Below the pieces are notes generated by a model, which ran no database searches, was not told the origin of the DNA, and saw nothing but the letters and a program-made list of their open reading frames with translations. Positions 1 through 9,280 of a stretch of 64,000 nt of DNA are shown piece after piece (within the stretch, counting starts at the first letter, position 1; every line of letters begins with the position of its first letter). Where the stretch lies: NCBI GenBank assembly GCA_001512685.1, contig LFSG01000044.1, positions 10,800-74,799 of the forward strand. Direction: 5' to 3'. The translations under genes and the position numbers were made by a program. This DNA is from Clostridiales bacterium DTU072. Lineage in GTDB: Bacteria > Bacillota > Clostridia > Christensenellales > DTU072.

Positions 1-134
1 ACTTTCGTTTGTTTATTGTTTTTGTCTTTAATAATATAGAAAGTTGTGTGGCGGCTTAATTTTGTTTTTTCCTTTTATATAAATTTATAGCGTGGCGGAG
101 CGTGTTTGCGGGTTATTTAGCCGTTTGCCCCGCT

Positions 135-2684
135 TTATATAAATTTATACATTATTTTAGATAGGATATTGGCGGGCTTTAGCGCTATTTTGGCTTTAAT
201 CAGCTTTTCCTTTATGGGGGGATACGCCCTTTCCATATTGTTCAGGCAATATACTCTCAGCTTTTGCTCCAAGTTTTCTTTTGTCATGCCTAAAACGCTT
301 ACGGCAACCGTTTTGGGTTTACCTTTCATTAAATCAAAATAATTGTCGTTTAAAGGCTCGCTGACTCCGTCAATATGCATAAAAACATTTTTGGCGAAAG
401 CTGAAGAAGTCAAGGTTATGGTAAATTTGCCGCCGCCTTCGTTATTTACGGCTGTTTTTATGTCGGCTTTGGGTAAATTCAATTTATTGGGGCGGGTAAA
501 CAGCAAAGAGTTTTGGCTTACTTCTCTTCCCTCTTTATCGTATAAAAAGGCCAGCCATGCCGCTTGCTTTTTACGCCCTTTAATAACCCTTGGGGGGCAG
601 CCGGCAAGTATGGTTTGATCTTGGCAAGGCTGTAAATTCACTTGGTATTTTTGTTTTACAAGCGCGTCGCCCTCAAAGTCCCATAAGCCGCATTCCAAAT
701 ATCCTTCAAAAGGCATATCCTTGTCGTTGACTATTTTCATTTCCACGTCCTTGGGAGTTTCCCGCAAAAAAATCGCCACGGGCGCGAAAAACCTTTTGGC
801 GTAATAGTGCAAAGCTTTCCACCTGCCCCCGTAATCGATGCTTGACCAGCTCAACGCTTGCCAGCAATCGTTTATCTGCCAATAAAGCGCTCCGTTGCAC
901 CTTTCTTTATTGCTCCGCCAATGCTCCACCGCCGCTTTTATGCTCTCGGCCTGCGTCAACTGCGACATATATATAAGCTCTTCGAATTTGGCGGGGATAA
1001 AGTAGTTGCTTATCATGTAATACAGTATTTTTTCATTGCCCGAAAAGCATTTTTGGTGATTGAGCATGGGCGGCGAAAAAAGGCTGTAGTCCTTTTGTTC
1101 GCAAAAGGTTTTTATGGTGTCTATGTCGGGCAATGATTCAAAACCGAATTCGCTGCAGAATCGGGTATATCTTTTGCGATAATATTCAAAAGGCTGCATG
1201 CCGTGCCACACATGCCATAAATGGGTGTCGCCCCGGCAATCGGAATTTATGTCTTTCATAAATTCTCCCCCGCCGGGAGAACCCGGCCAATAAGGGATTT
1301 TTATTTTTAGCTCCTTCAGCTCGGCGGGCAGAATATCGTAAAAAAACTTTTGCGTCCATTTAATCGCCTTTTTCAGATGCATCCAGCTCGCCGTCATGGC
1401 TTCGATTTCATTGTTTCCGCACAGCAAACACAAACAGCTGTAATTTTTCAATCTTTTTACCGCGCTTTTTATTTCGTCTTTGACATTGTGCAAAAATTCT
1501 TCGGTATAAAACGGATAGGGGGCGCAGGCAAACGCGAAATCTTGCCACACAAGAATGCCGTATTTGTCGCAAAGACGATAGAATTTATCGCTTTCGTAAA
1601 AGCCCCCTCCCCATACCCTTATCATGTTCATGTTGGCTTCTTTGCAGCTTTTTATCAAGTATTCCAATTTCGCCTCGTCCGTCCTCGTTACAAAGCTGTC
1701 AGAGGGTATCCAATTGCCGCCTTTGGCGAATATCTTTTTGCCGTTCAGAATAAACGCGAAGTTCCTGCCCTCTCCTTCCATTTCCGAAAGGTCCAGCTCC
1801 ACCGTCCTTATGCCTATTTCATAGCTTTTTTCGCAAAGCGCTTGTTCCTTGCGTAAAAGCATGCATTTGACGCCGTAAAGCGGTTGGGGAGCGCCGCCCT
1901 CCGTCGTCCACAGCTTGGGGTTTTGTATGGCCGCCGTAAATTGCGCGCCGCCGCCTATAAGCTGTTTGGTCTTTTCGTAAACCGCCTTGTCATCGGAATC
2001 GGTTATTACCACCTTGGCGAAAAGGTCTTTTGGGTTAGCTTTTTTGTAAGCTATGTCAAAATAAACCTTTATTTTGGCTTTGTCGCCTTCAAGGCTTTGG
2101 TTTATGGTTATGTCCTCGATATAACAATGCTTATGCCCTTCTATGGTTATTTCGCCGTTTACGCCCGACGGCGGCAGCGCCGGCCCCCAATCCCAGCCGA
2201 AATGGTATGCCGCCTTCCTTATATGCGGATAGCCGCTTATTCCCATGCGGTTTTTTGTCAGCGCATCTTCTCTTCGCTTTTCTTCCACATATTTCAACGG
2301 GGAATGAAAATAAATCCTTATCTCGTTCCCGCCCTCGGTAAGCAGTCCCTTGATGTCGAACTTGTAATCGATATGCGCGTTTTTTGTGGAAGCCACAAAA
2401 GAAGAATTTATGTATATGTCGGCAATCGTGTCTATTTGCGATATCCGCAAAAAAACAAAGTCGCTGTCCAAAAGCTCCTTGGGCGCGTAAAATTCCCTTG
2501 AATACTCCCAATCCCTTTCCGCCACCCAAAGCGCGCGCTTTTCGTTTTCGCCGTAAAACACATCCTCAAGCATGTCAGCTTCCATTAAATCAAGATAGTT
2601 GCAGCCCGGCAAAGCGCCCTTTAATCGGTATTCTCCCCGCTCGTCCTTTAATTCCCATATCCCCGAAAGGTCAATCAAAATCAT
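135..2684 (-). CDS. Glycoside hydrolase family 2 beta-mannosidase
   Basis: 849-aa ORF with GH2 layout. Catalytic-region motifs GILVWQDFAFACA and LCGNNEIEA are present. GGAG lies about 10 nt upstream of the ATG. Confidence 0.8.
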   Translation of the reverse strand: MILIDLSGIWELKDERGEYRLKGALPGCNYLDLMEADMLEDVFYGENEKRALWVAERDWEYSREFYAPKELLDSDFVFLRISQIDTIADIYINSSFVASTKNAHIDYKFDIKGLLTEGGNEIRIYFHSPLKYVEEKRREDALTKNRMGISGYPHIRKAAYHFGWDWGPALPPSGVNGEITIEGHKHCYIEDITINQSLEGDKAKIKVYFDIAYKKANPKDLFAKVVITDSDDKAVYEKTKQLIGGGAQFTAAIQNPKLWTTEGGAPQPLYGVKCMLLRKEQALCEKSYEIGIRTVELDLSEMEGEGRNFAFILNGKKIFAKGGNWIPSDSFVTRTDEAKLEYLIKSCKEANMNMIRVWGGGFYESDKFYRLCDKYGILVWQDFAFACAPYPFYTEEFLHNVKDEIKSAVKRLKNYSCLCLLCGNNEIEAMTASWMHLKKAIKWTQKFFYDILPAELKELKIKIPYWPGSPGGGEFMKDINSDCRGDTHLWHVWHGMQPFEYYRKRYTRFCSEFGFESLPDIDTIKTFCEQKDYSLFSPPMLNHQKCFSGNEKILYYMISNYFIPAKFEELIYMSQLTQAESIKAAVEHWRSNKERCNGALYWQINDCWQALSWSSIDYGGRWKALHYYAKRFFAPVAIFLRETPKDVEMKIVNDKDMPFEGYLECGLWDFEGDALVKQKYQVNLQPCQDQTILAGCPPRVIKGRKKQAAWLAFLYDKEGREVSQNSLLFTRPNKLNLPKADIKTAVNNEGGGKFTITLTSSAFAKNVFMHIDGVSEPLNDNYFDLMKGKPKTVAVSVLGMTKENLEQKLRVYCLNNMERAYPPIKEKLIKAKIALKPANILSKIMYKFI

Positions 2685-2845
2685 TTGGTTTACGCTCCTT
2701 CCCCTTGTTTATACATTATCATTATACTTTATATATAATACGATTACAATATAGCGAATTTTGAAATATTTCAGCGTTTGGCCCCGTCTATTTTTTGCCA
2801 AATTAATTCGGGTATATTTTTTGTTTTGTTATAAAAAATAAAATT

Positions 2846-4300
2846 ATGGAATCGATTTGGAAAGAATATGTGGTCGGCCACCACGCCGAGCTTGAAAAAG
2901 ACATTAAAACCGATGTCGCCGTGGTGGGCGGCGGAATAGCGGGAATCCTTGCCGCTTACAGACTGGCCGAGTCGGGCAGAAAAGTAACCTTGCTTGAGGC
3001 GGGCGTTTTATACGGCGGAGTTACCCAAAACACTTCCGCCCACATATCGGCCTTGCAGGGATACCTTTACAACGATTTGAAGCTTGACCAAGCCAAGCCT
3101 TATTTTGAATCGCAAATAAAGGCCATTGACGAATATGAAAGGCTTATCAAAAAATATGATATCGATTGCGAATTCCAAAGGGTGGACGATTATTTGTACA
3201 CCGTGGATAACCCCGACAAAATCGAAAAAGAATACAACGCCTTGTCGGTAATGGGCGCCAATCCCGAATACGCCGATAATTTTCATATCGCCCAATTCCG
3301 CCCCGCCTGCGCTTTCAAAGTCCCCAACATGGCTTTGTTCCATCCCATAAAGTTTTTGGACATGCTGCCCAAAAGCTTTGAATTCTATGAGCGCTCAAGG
3401 GTGCTTGACATAGACGTTAAGCAGAATATTCTGTATACGAATAAAGCCAAGGTCAAGGCCGACAAAATCGTCATCGCCACCAATTTCCCCATAATAAACA
3501 TACCGGGATGGTATTTTTTGAGAATGTACAAATCCCAAGCCTACACCATAGCCATAGACAATGTCAAAACCAATATCCAAGCCTCTTATCAAAGCGAGCT
3601 TGCCAACGGCTTGACCTTCAGGAATTACGGCAAGTATTTGATAATCGACGGGCTCAGCCACCGCACGGGAAGGATTAACGCCAACGACAAGTTCCAAAGG
3701 CTGGAGGATACCGCCAAAAAATTGTTTCCGCAATGCAAGGTTACGCATAAGTGGACGGCTAACGATTGCGTAACCTATGACAGCCTTCCCTTTGTCGGTT
3801 ATTACTCCAAAACAAGCAAAAACATTTATGTCATTACCGGCTTCAATAAATGGGGAATGGCCAACGCCATGGTGTCTTCCATGATTATTTGCGACATGAT
3901 TAACGGCAAAAACAATGAATATGAAGAATTGTTCAGTCCGCAAAGATGTTCTTTCAAATTCAAACCCGCCATGAGCAACATATTATGCACGGTAAAAAAC
4001 CTTGTTGTCAAGCCGCTGTGCCCCGCCGTCAAGGGCGAGGACAGTCTGCCCCTCGATTCGGGCGGCATAGTCAGGTTTAACGGCAAAAAGAAAGCGGTGT
4101 ATAAAGACGCCGACGGGGTAATTTACGCTTGCCAGCCTTTATGCGCGCATTTGAAATGCCAGCTTGTATTCAATGCCAACACCAAGACATGGGATTGCCC
4201 TTGCCACGGCTCAAGGTTTGATATCTACGGCAATATCATAGTCGCGCCCGCTAAAAAAGAATTGTGCAGCGAAATCGTCAAAAACGAACCAGAGGAATAA
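2846..4300 (+). CDS. FAD-dependent oxidoreductase fused to a C-terminal Rieske [2Fe-2S] domain (YhfW-like)
   Basis: N-terminal dinucleotide fold VAVVGGGIAGILAAY. C-terminal Rieske ligand boxes CAHLKC and CPCHGSRF. Confidence 0.8.
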   Translation: MESIWKEYVVGHHAELEKDIKTDVAVVGGGIAGILAAYRLAESGRKVTLLEAGVLYGGVTQNTSAHISALQGYLYNDLKLDQAKPYFESQIKAIDEYERLIKKYDIDCEFQRVDDYLYTVDNPDKIEKEYNALSVMGANPEYADNFHIAQFRPACAFKVPNMALFHPIKFLDMLPKSFEFYERSRVLDIDVKQNILYTNKAKVKADKIVIATNFPIINIPGWYFLRMYKSQAYTIAIDNVKTNIQASYQSELANGLTFRNYGKYLIIDGLSHRTGRINANDKFQRLEDTAKKLFPQCKVTHKWTANDCVTYDSLPFVGYYSKTSKNIYVITGFNKWGMANAMVSSMIICDMINGKNNEYEELFSPQRCSFKFKPAMSNILCTVKNLVVKPLCPAVKGEDSLPLDSGGIVRFNGKKKAVYKDADGVIYACQPLCAHLKCQLVFNANTKTWDCPCHGSRFDIYGNIIVAPAKKELCSEIVKNEPEE

Positions 4301-4322
4301 AAAAATCAACTAAAATAAAAAT

Positions 4323-4356
4323 AAAGGCGTCGAATGCCGAAGGCGCCTTTTTTGTT
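4323..4356. terminator. Rho-independent terminator, probably bidirectional (ends the Rieske-fusion gene and the convergent tRNA array)
   Basis: Stem aaaggcg/cgccttt with extra inner pairs tcg/cga, followed by T6 on the plus strand. An A-run on the left gives a T-rich tail on the minus strand. Confidence 0.6.
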
Positions 4357-4431
4357 TGGAGCGGAAGACGGGATTCGGACCCGCGACATTTGCCTTGGCA
4401 AGGCAACGCTCTACCACTGAGCCACTTCCGC
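4357..4431 (-). tRNA. tRNA-Gly (anticodon GCC)
   Basis: The reverse complement folds as a cloverleaf. Acceptor stem GCGGAAG/CTTCCGC; anticodon loop TT-GCC-AA; encoded CCA. Confidence 0.9.
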
Positions 4432-4445
4432 ATTTTGCTTTCATA

Positions 4446-4530
4446 TGGTGCGACCGAAGAGACTTGAACTCCCACATCCTGAGATACTAGATTCTAAGTC
4501 TAGCGCGTCTGCCAATTCCGCCACGGTCGC
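4446..4530 (-). tRNA. tRNA-Leu (anticodon TAG)
   Basis: Type II tRNA with a long variable arm. Anticodon stem CTAGA/TCTAG; loop CT-TAG-AA; T-loop GTTCAAGTC; encoded CCA. Confidence 0.9.
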
Positions 4531-4539
4531 AAGTGTTTT

Positions 4540-4615
4540 TGGTGATCCATCGGAGATTCGAACTCCGGACACCTTGATTAAAAGTCAAGTGCTCTGCCGA
4601 CTGAGCTAATGGATC
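4540..4615 (-). tRNA. tRNA-Lys (anticodon TTT)
   Basis: Anticodon stem CTTGA/TCAAG; loop CT-TTT-AA; T-loop GTTCGAATC; encoded CCA. Confidence 0.9.
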
Positions 4616-4618
4616 ATT

Positions 4619-4693
4619 TGGCTGGGGTGGCAGGATTCGAACCTACGAATGCGGGAGTCAAAGTCCCGTGCCTTACCGCTTGGCGACACCCCA
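4619..4693 (-). tRNA. tRNA-Gln (anticodon TTG)
   Basis: Acceptor stem TGGGGTG/CACCCCA; anticodon stem CGGGA/TCCCG; loop CT-TTG-AC; encoded CCA. Confidence 0.9.
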
Positions 4694-4705
4694 ACGGTAA
4701 TTATA

Positions 4706-4783
4706 TGGGGTGAGTAGTGGGAGTCGAACCCACGACCTCCAGAGCCACAATCTGGCGCTCTAACCAACTGAGCTATACCCACC
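4706..4783 (-). tRNA. tRNA-His (anticodon GTG) with encoded G-1
   Basis: Extra 5' G characteristic of tRNA-His. Anticodon stem CCAGA/TCTGG; loop TT-GTG-GC; encoded CCA. Confidence 0.9.
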
Positions 4784-4793
4784 ACACAATAAA

Positions 4794-4870
4794 TGGCGAG
4801 CCAGGAGGGATTCGAACCCCCGACCTACGGCTTAGAAGGCCGTTGCTCTATCCTGCTGAGCTACTGGCTC
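4794..4870 (-). tRNA. tRNA-Arg (anticodon TCT)
   Basis: Anticodon stem ACGGC/GCCGT; loop CT-TCT-AA; T-loop GTTCGAATC; encoded CCA. Confidence 0.9.
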
Positions 4871-4944
4871 ATTTCTTGCCCGAATGCCAGGCTCCCCAAT
4901 AATACCAATGTGCATACCACTGCAACCGTGGTCAAAATTGTTTT

Positions 4945-5018
4945 TGGAGCGGGTGATGGGAATCGAACCCACGCAACCAGCTTGGAAGGCTGGTATTCTA
5001 CCATTGAATAACACCCGC
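4945..5018 (-). tRNA. tRNA-Gly (anticodon TCC)
   Basis: Acceptor stem GCGGGTG/CACCCGC; anticodon stem CCAGC/GCTGG; loop CT-TCC-AA; encoded CCA. Confidence 0.9.
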
Positions 5019-5038
5019 CCGCCAATAAATGCTAAATT

Positions 5039-5067
5039 AGTATAATAAAAGAGGAGTTGTTTGTCAA
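5039..5067 (-). promoter_or_regulatory. Sigma-A type promoter of the tRNA array
   Basis: The minus strand reads TTGACA-17 nt-TATACT, about 20 nt upstream of the first tRNA. Confidence 0.5.
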
Positions 5068-5092
5068 ATAAATTAAGGCATATTTTTAATAT

Positions 5093-5680
5093 TTATTGAC
5101 CTTGCCGCAAAATAAGCTCTATGGCTTTGAGCGCCCTTGCTCTGTGCGACACCGAATTCTTTTCCTGCTGTGTGGCTTGAGCGAAGGTTTTTTTCAGTTC
5201 GTAAGAGTAAAAAACGGGGTCGTAGCCGAAACCGCCCTCTCCCCTTTCTTCCTCAAGGATTTCGCCTTCCACTCTCCCTTCCGCCGTTATTACGCTTCCG
5301 TCCCTGTTGTATATCACTATGCAGCATACAAAAGCCGCCCGTCTGTTCTTTTGTTCGCTAAGTTCGTTAAGAAGCTTTTCTATGTTCTTCTTGTCGTCGG
5401 CGGGATATCCCGCGTATCGGGCGGAAAACACTCCCGGAGCGCCGTTGAGCGCCTCTGCCGTCAAGCCCGAATCGTCGGCGAGCGCGCTTTTTCCCGTCAA
5501 ATCGCTTATGGCTCTTGCCTTTATTAAAGCGTTTTCGTAAAAGCTGCCCCCGCTTTCCAAAACGTCGATGTCTATGCCCAGCTCTTTGGGGGAATACATT
5601 CTGTCAAAGCATCCCCCCATAATTTGCTTTATTTCCTCTATCTTGCTGCTGTTGTTGCTGGCTATCACTATCTCTTTCAT
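5093..5680 (-). CDS. rdgB: Non-canonical purine NTP pyrophosphatase (RdgB/HAM1 family)
   Basis: 195 aa. Begins IVIASNNSSKIEEIK; contains GFGYDPVF and a C-terminal SHRARAL motif, typical of dITP/XTP pyrophosphatases. Confidence 0.9.
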   Translation of the reverse strand: MKEIVIASNNSSKIEEIKQIMGGCFDRMYSPKELGIDIDVLESGGSFYENALIKARAISDLTGKSALADDSGLTAEALNGAPGVFSARYAGYPADDKKNIEKLLNELSEQKNRRAAFVCCIVIYNRDGSVITAEGRVEGEILEEERGEGGFGYDPVFYSYELKKTFAQATQQEKNSVSHRARALKAIELILRQGQ

Positions 5681-5699
5681 CAGCTGTTCTTATATCCGC

Positions 5700-8159
5700 T
5701 CACCCGTATATGTCCGTTTTCTTGACTTTTTTGTGCTTGACATACGCTTTGAGCGCTGCCGCCAATCCCCTTTTGCCGTTAAACGCCTTGATTAATCCTT
5801 TTACTGTTTCTCTGGGCACGCTGCCGTTCGTCATGGCGTACATATTCCTAAGCGGCATGACAAGCGCCGACAGTCTGACCATTTTCTTCATGTACAGCGG
5901 CGACCCCTTGGGCAATACCGCGGTGGAAAACTTGTATACCATCCACCTTACGAATTTGCCGAAAGCCGAAACCTTGACATCGTCCACCGTGGAGTTAAAG
6001 TCTATTTCGCCTTTCTTGAACGCCCTATTCTCCACCAGCTGTCTGCCCAGCAAAACCTCGAACTGCTTGTCGGGGATATCGCCCGCTTGCCCAATGTTGT
6101 AGTAAACGGGGGCGGTTTCTCGGTAATCGGGGATGCCCTCTTCCACGCCGTCAACCGTAACCGCGGCGCTTAGGCGTATGTCCCGAGAAGAAGCGCCCAC
6201 AAGTATTTCAAATTCGCCTTTTTCGATGGTCCAAGAGTTGGTTAAGGTATTGTAGAAGCTGAATGCTGCGCTGTCCAGCTCGATGGTTACCGTCTTCTTT
6301 TCGCCTTTTTTGAGGAAAACCTTTTCAAAACCTTTAAGCGCCTTTTCTTCGCGGAACATCGTGGATTCCACATCCTTTACATATACCTGCGCTATCTCTT
6401 TGCCGTCGTAATCACCCACATTCTCTATGTCAAAGCTTACTTTCAAGGTGTCGTTTTGTTTAAGCTCTTTTTTGTCCAGCTTTAAGTTGCCGTACTTGAA
6501 CTTTGTATAAGACAGGCCGTATCCGAAGGGGAACAGCACCTCCTTGTTGGCGGTGTCAAAATAGCGGTAGCCCACATATATGCTTTCGCGGTATTCCACC
6601 GTTCTCGGCCCCATGATGTAATATAGATAAGCGGGGTTGTCCGAAAGGCTGAGCGGGAAAGTTTCGGCCAGCTTGCCGCTGGGGTTTATTTTGCCGAACA
6701 AAAGATTGTAGCAAGCTTCTCCCCCCGCCTGGCCGCACAGATACATATTCAAAACCGCTTTTACTTTGTCTATCCACGGCATCTTTACGGGAGAGCCGCA
6801 AGCAAGCACCACTATTACGTTTTCGTTTACCGACAAAAGGCTTTCTATAAGCTGATTGTGCCCCATGGGCAAATCAAGGTGGGTTCTGTCAAAGCCTTCG
6901 GATTCATATTCGTCGGTCAAGCCCGCAAAGACAAGCACATAGTCCTTTCCTTGCGCCTTTTCCAGCGCTTCTTTGAGCAGTTTTTTGTCGCTGCCGTCGC
7001 CTTCGGGTATATAGCCGTCCGCATAATCGTAAGATATGTTGAGGCTGTCAAGGTAATCGGTGAAACTGACCAGCCGCTTGGGGTTTATGCGGCTGCTGCC
7101 GCTGCCCTGATAGCGCATGTTCTTTGCCAAACTGCCTATGACGGCAAAGCTCTTGCCCTCTTTCAAAGGCAATGTTTCGGCCACATTCTTAAGCAATACC
7201 GCTCCTTCGGCGGCGGCTTTGGCGGCTATTTGGTGGTGTTTGTCATAGTCGCAGGTCTTGCCTTTGTTCTTTTCCCTGTTTTCCGCGCACTTATAGACAT
7301 ATTTGAGTATGCGCTCCACCACCGTGTCCAAATCCTTTTCGTCAAGCTCGCCGTTTTTGACCGCCAGCGCTATGTCGTCGTCATGCACGCCGTTGCTGGT
7401 GGGCATTTCCAAATCAAGGCCGGCTTTTATGCCTTTTATCCTGTCGTTTACTGCGCCCCAATCGGATATCACTATGCCTTCAAAGCCCCATTCATTTCTC
7501 AATATGTCGGTAAGCAGTTTCTTGTTGTCGCTGGCGTGCACGCCGTTGATGGGGTTGTAGCTGCACATTATGGTATAGGGCTGAGCTTTCTTTACCGTTA
7601 TTTCAAAGGCGGGAAGATATATTTCCCTAAAAGCCCTTTCGTCCACTTCCGAAGATATGACCATGCGGCGGTATTCTTGGGAATTGGCGGCAAAATGCTT
7701 AAGCGAAGTGCCTACCCCGTATTTCTGCACGGCGTTGACATAGCTTGCCGCAAGCTCTCCCGCAAGGTAAGGGTCTTCGGAAAAATACTCAAAGTTCCTG
7801 CCGCACAGCGGATTCCTTTTAATGTTAATGCCCGGGCCCAGCACCGTGGTGACATCTTGGTCTATGCACTCTTCGGCTATCGCCGCCCCCACTTCGGCCA
7901 CCAGCTCCCTGTCCCAGCTGCTTGCAAGCGTTACCGCCGTAGGAAAGCATGTCGCCGCTTGGCTTTTTTGCATTATGTTGGCCACATCGCTTTCCACAAC
8001 TTCTTTCCTTAAGCCGTGAGGGCCGTCCGCCATGTTTACCGAAGGCACTCCCACCCTTTTAATAGGCGTGGTGTCCCAAAAGCTTATGCCCGAACACAGC
8101 GCGCATTTTTCTTCCAAAGTCAGCTTTTTCAAAACGCTCTTTATATCCATTAAAAACAT
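5700..8159 (-). CDS. Glycoside hydrolase family 3 beta-glucosidase (BglX-like) with an Fn3-like domain and a C-terminal extension
   Basis: 819 aa. GH3 N- and C-domains; nucleophile region GIVISDWGAV; Fn3-like segment EIAQVYVKD. Confidence 0.85.
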   Translation of the reverse strand: MFLMDIKSVLKKLTLEEKCALCSGISFWDTTPIKRVGVPSVNMADGPHGLRKEVVESDVANIMQKSQAATCFPTAVTLASSWDRELVAEVGAAIAEECIDQDVTTVLGPGINIKRNPLCGRNFEYFSEDPYLAGELAASYVNAVQKYGVGTSLKHFAANSQEYRRMVISSEVDERAFREIYLPAFEITVKKAQPYTIMCSYNPINGVHASDNKKLLTDILRNEWGFEGIVISDWGAVNDRIKGIKAGLDLEMPTSNGVHDDDIALAVKNGELDEKDLDTVVERILKYVYKCAENREKNKGKTCDYDKHHQIAAKAAAEGAVLLKNVAETLPLKEGKSFAVIGSLAKNMRYQGSGSSRINPKRLVSFTDYLDSLNISYDYADGYIPEGDGSDKKLLKEALEKAQGKDYVLVFAGLTDEYESEGFDRTHLDLPMGHNQLIESLLSVNENVIVVLACGSPVKMPWIDKVKAVLNMYLCGQAGGEACYNLLFGKINPSGKLAETFPLSLSDNPAYLYYIMGPRTVEYRESIYVGYRYFDTANKEVLFPFGYGLSYTKFKYGNLKLDKKELKQNDTLKVSFDIENVGDYDGKEIAQVYVKDVESTMFREEKALKGFEKVFLKKGEKKTVTIELDSAAFSFYNTLTNSWTIEKGEFEILVGASSRDIRLSAAVTVDGVEEGIPDYRETAPVYYNIGQAGDIPDKQFEVLLGRQLVENRAFKKGEIDFNSTVDDVKVSAFGKFVRWMVYKFSTAVLPKGSPLYMKKMVRLSALVMPLRNMYAMTNGSVPRETVKGLIKAFNGKRGLAAALKAYVKHKKVKKTDIYG

Positions 8160-8308
8160 CCTCCGTTACCTTATTATTTTCTGTTTTGATTATTATAGCA
8201 AAAATCTTCTTTTTCAGCAACAGGTAAAATACCTTTCATGTTCCTTATGCCGCTCTTTTGGAACGCTTCAAGGGCATATAAGCAATTATCCGCAAATATA
8301 ATTGTAAA

Positions 8309-9280
8309 ATGAACGGCAAAAATATCCGCTCTTCCTTAATCTTTATTACGCTGGCTTTTATGCTTGCTCTGGTAATCTATCCAGACAGGTATATCTCTTC
8401 GATTGCCCGCGGGTTGGATTTATTCGTTAAGGCCGTGCTGCCCGCCTTGTTCCCCTTTTTCTTTTTTTCCAGAATACTTACCTCGCTCAATGCCTTTTCC
8501 CCTTTTGAAAAATACCTGAAAAAACCTTTGAAAAAGCTTTTCAACGCCCCGCCCATTTCCGGCTATATCCTTTTCGTATCCTTGATGAGCGGCTACCCCT
8601 TGGGGGCAAAGCTGCTCGCCGATTGCTACAATGACGGATATATCGATGAGGAAGACGCCAAAAACATCTCCATATTCACATCCACTTCCGGGCCGCTTTT
8701 TGTGCTGGGCAGCGTGGGCATAAACATGATGGCGAACAAGACGGCGGGCTTTGTTATGCTCATAAGCCATTATGCGGGCGCCATACTCAACGGCATAATT
8801 ATGGTCAACCGCAAACAAAAAAGCGCCCTTATAAATAAAACCGCTTTGTTACCCCAAACCGACGGGGATTTGTTGGGGAAAAGCATACTCTCAAGCGTTA
8901 CCGCCATCGCCATAGTGGGGGGATATATCGCCGTTTTTGTCATGCTCGCCGATATCCTTGCCGATTTCAAAATCCTGCCTTTTTTTGAGCGTTTTTTCCA
9001 CCTGTTCGGCATGCCGCGAAAAATCTCGTCGGGGACGACCTTGTGCGCCATAGAAATAACCGCGGGCTGCAAGGCGCTGTGTTCGTCGGGGTATCCCGTC
9101 AAAACCGTCCTTCCCGTATGCGCCGCCATGATATCTTTTGGCGGGGCAAGCATCATACTGCAGTCGCTTGCTTTTATTTCCCAATGCAAAATAAAACCCC
9201 TGTTCTTTTTGAAAAACAAAATTACGCAGGGGATTATCACTTATTTTATCGCCACTTTATTGTGTCTGGTTTTGTTTTAA
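8309..9280 (+). CDS. YlbJ-like sporulation integral membrane protein (nucleoside-recognition/Gate domains)
   Basis: 323-aa polytopic membrane protein. The N-terminus RGLDLFVKAVLPALFPFFFFSRIL resembles the YlbJ family. Confidence 0.6.
   Translation: MNGKNIRSSLIFITLAFMLALVIYPDRYISSIARGLDLFVKAVLPALFPFFFFSRILTSLNAFSPFEKYLKKPLKKLFNAPPISGYILFVSLMSGYPLGAKLLADCYNDGYIDEEDAKNISIFTSTSGPLFVLGSVGINMMANKTAGFVMLISHYAGAILNGIIMVNRKQKSALINKTALLPQTDGDLLGKSILSSVTAIAIVGGYIAVFVMLADILADFKILPFFERFFHLFGMPRKISSGTTLCAIEITAGCKALCSSGYPVKTVLPVCAAMISFGGASIILQSLAFISQCKIKPLFFLKNKITQGIITYFIATLLCLVLF

Noticed and set aside
4871-4944. A 74-nt gap inside the tRNA array, where other spacers are 3-14 nt. I considered a hidden or degenerate tRNA.
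   Set aside because: The reverse complement has no GTTCRA T-loop, no acceptor-stem complementarity and no cloverleaf that I could fold. It may be a decayed tRNA or a processing spacer, but neither is supportable from the sequence.
6858-8012. A 384-aa ORF antisense to the GH3 gene. Similar long antisense ORFs occur at 58065..58928 opposite rplB, 25200..25991 opposite pckG, 15369..16013 opposite lplA/yhhN, 20518..21616 opposite the DUF975 and NifU-like genes, and 54419..55360 opposite rplX.
   Set aside because: They are shadow ORFs. Their sequences are low-complexity and Arg/Gly/Phe-rich, they lack an RBS, and each lies fully inside a confidently identified gene on the other strand.
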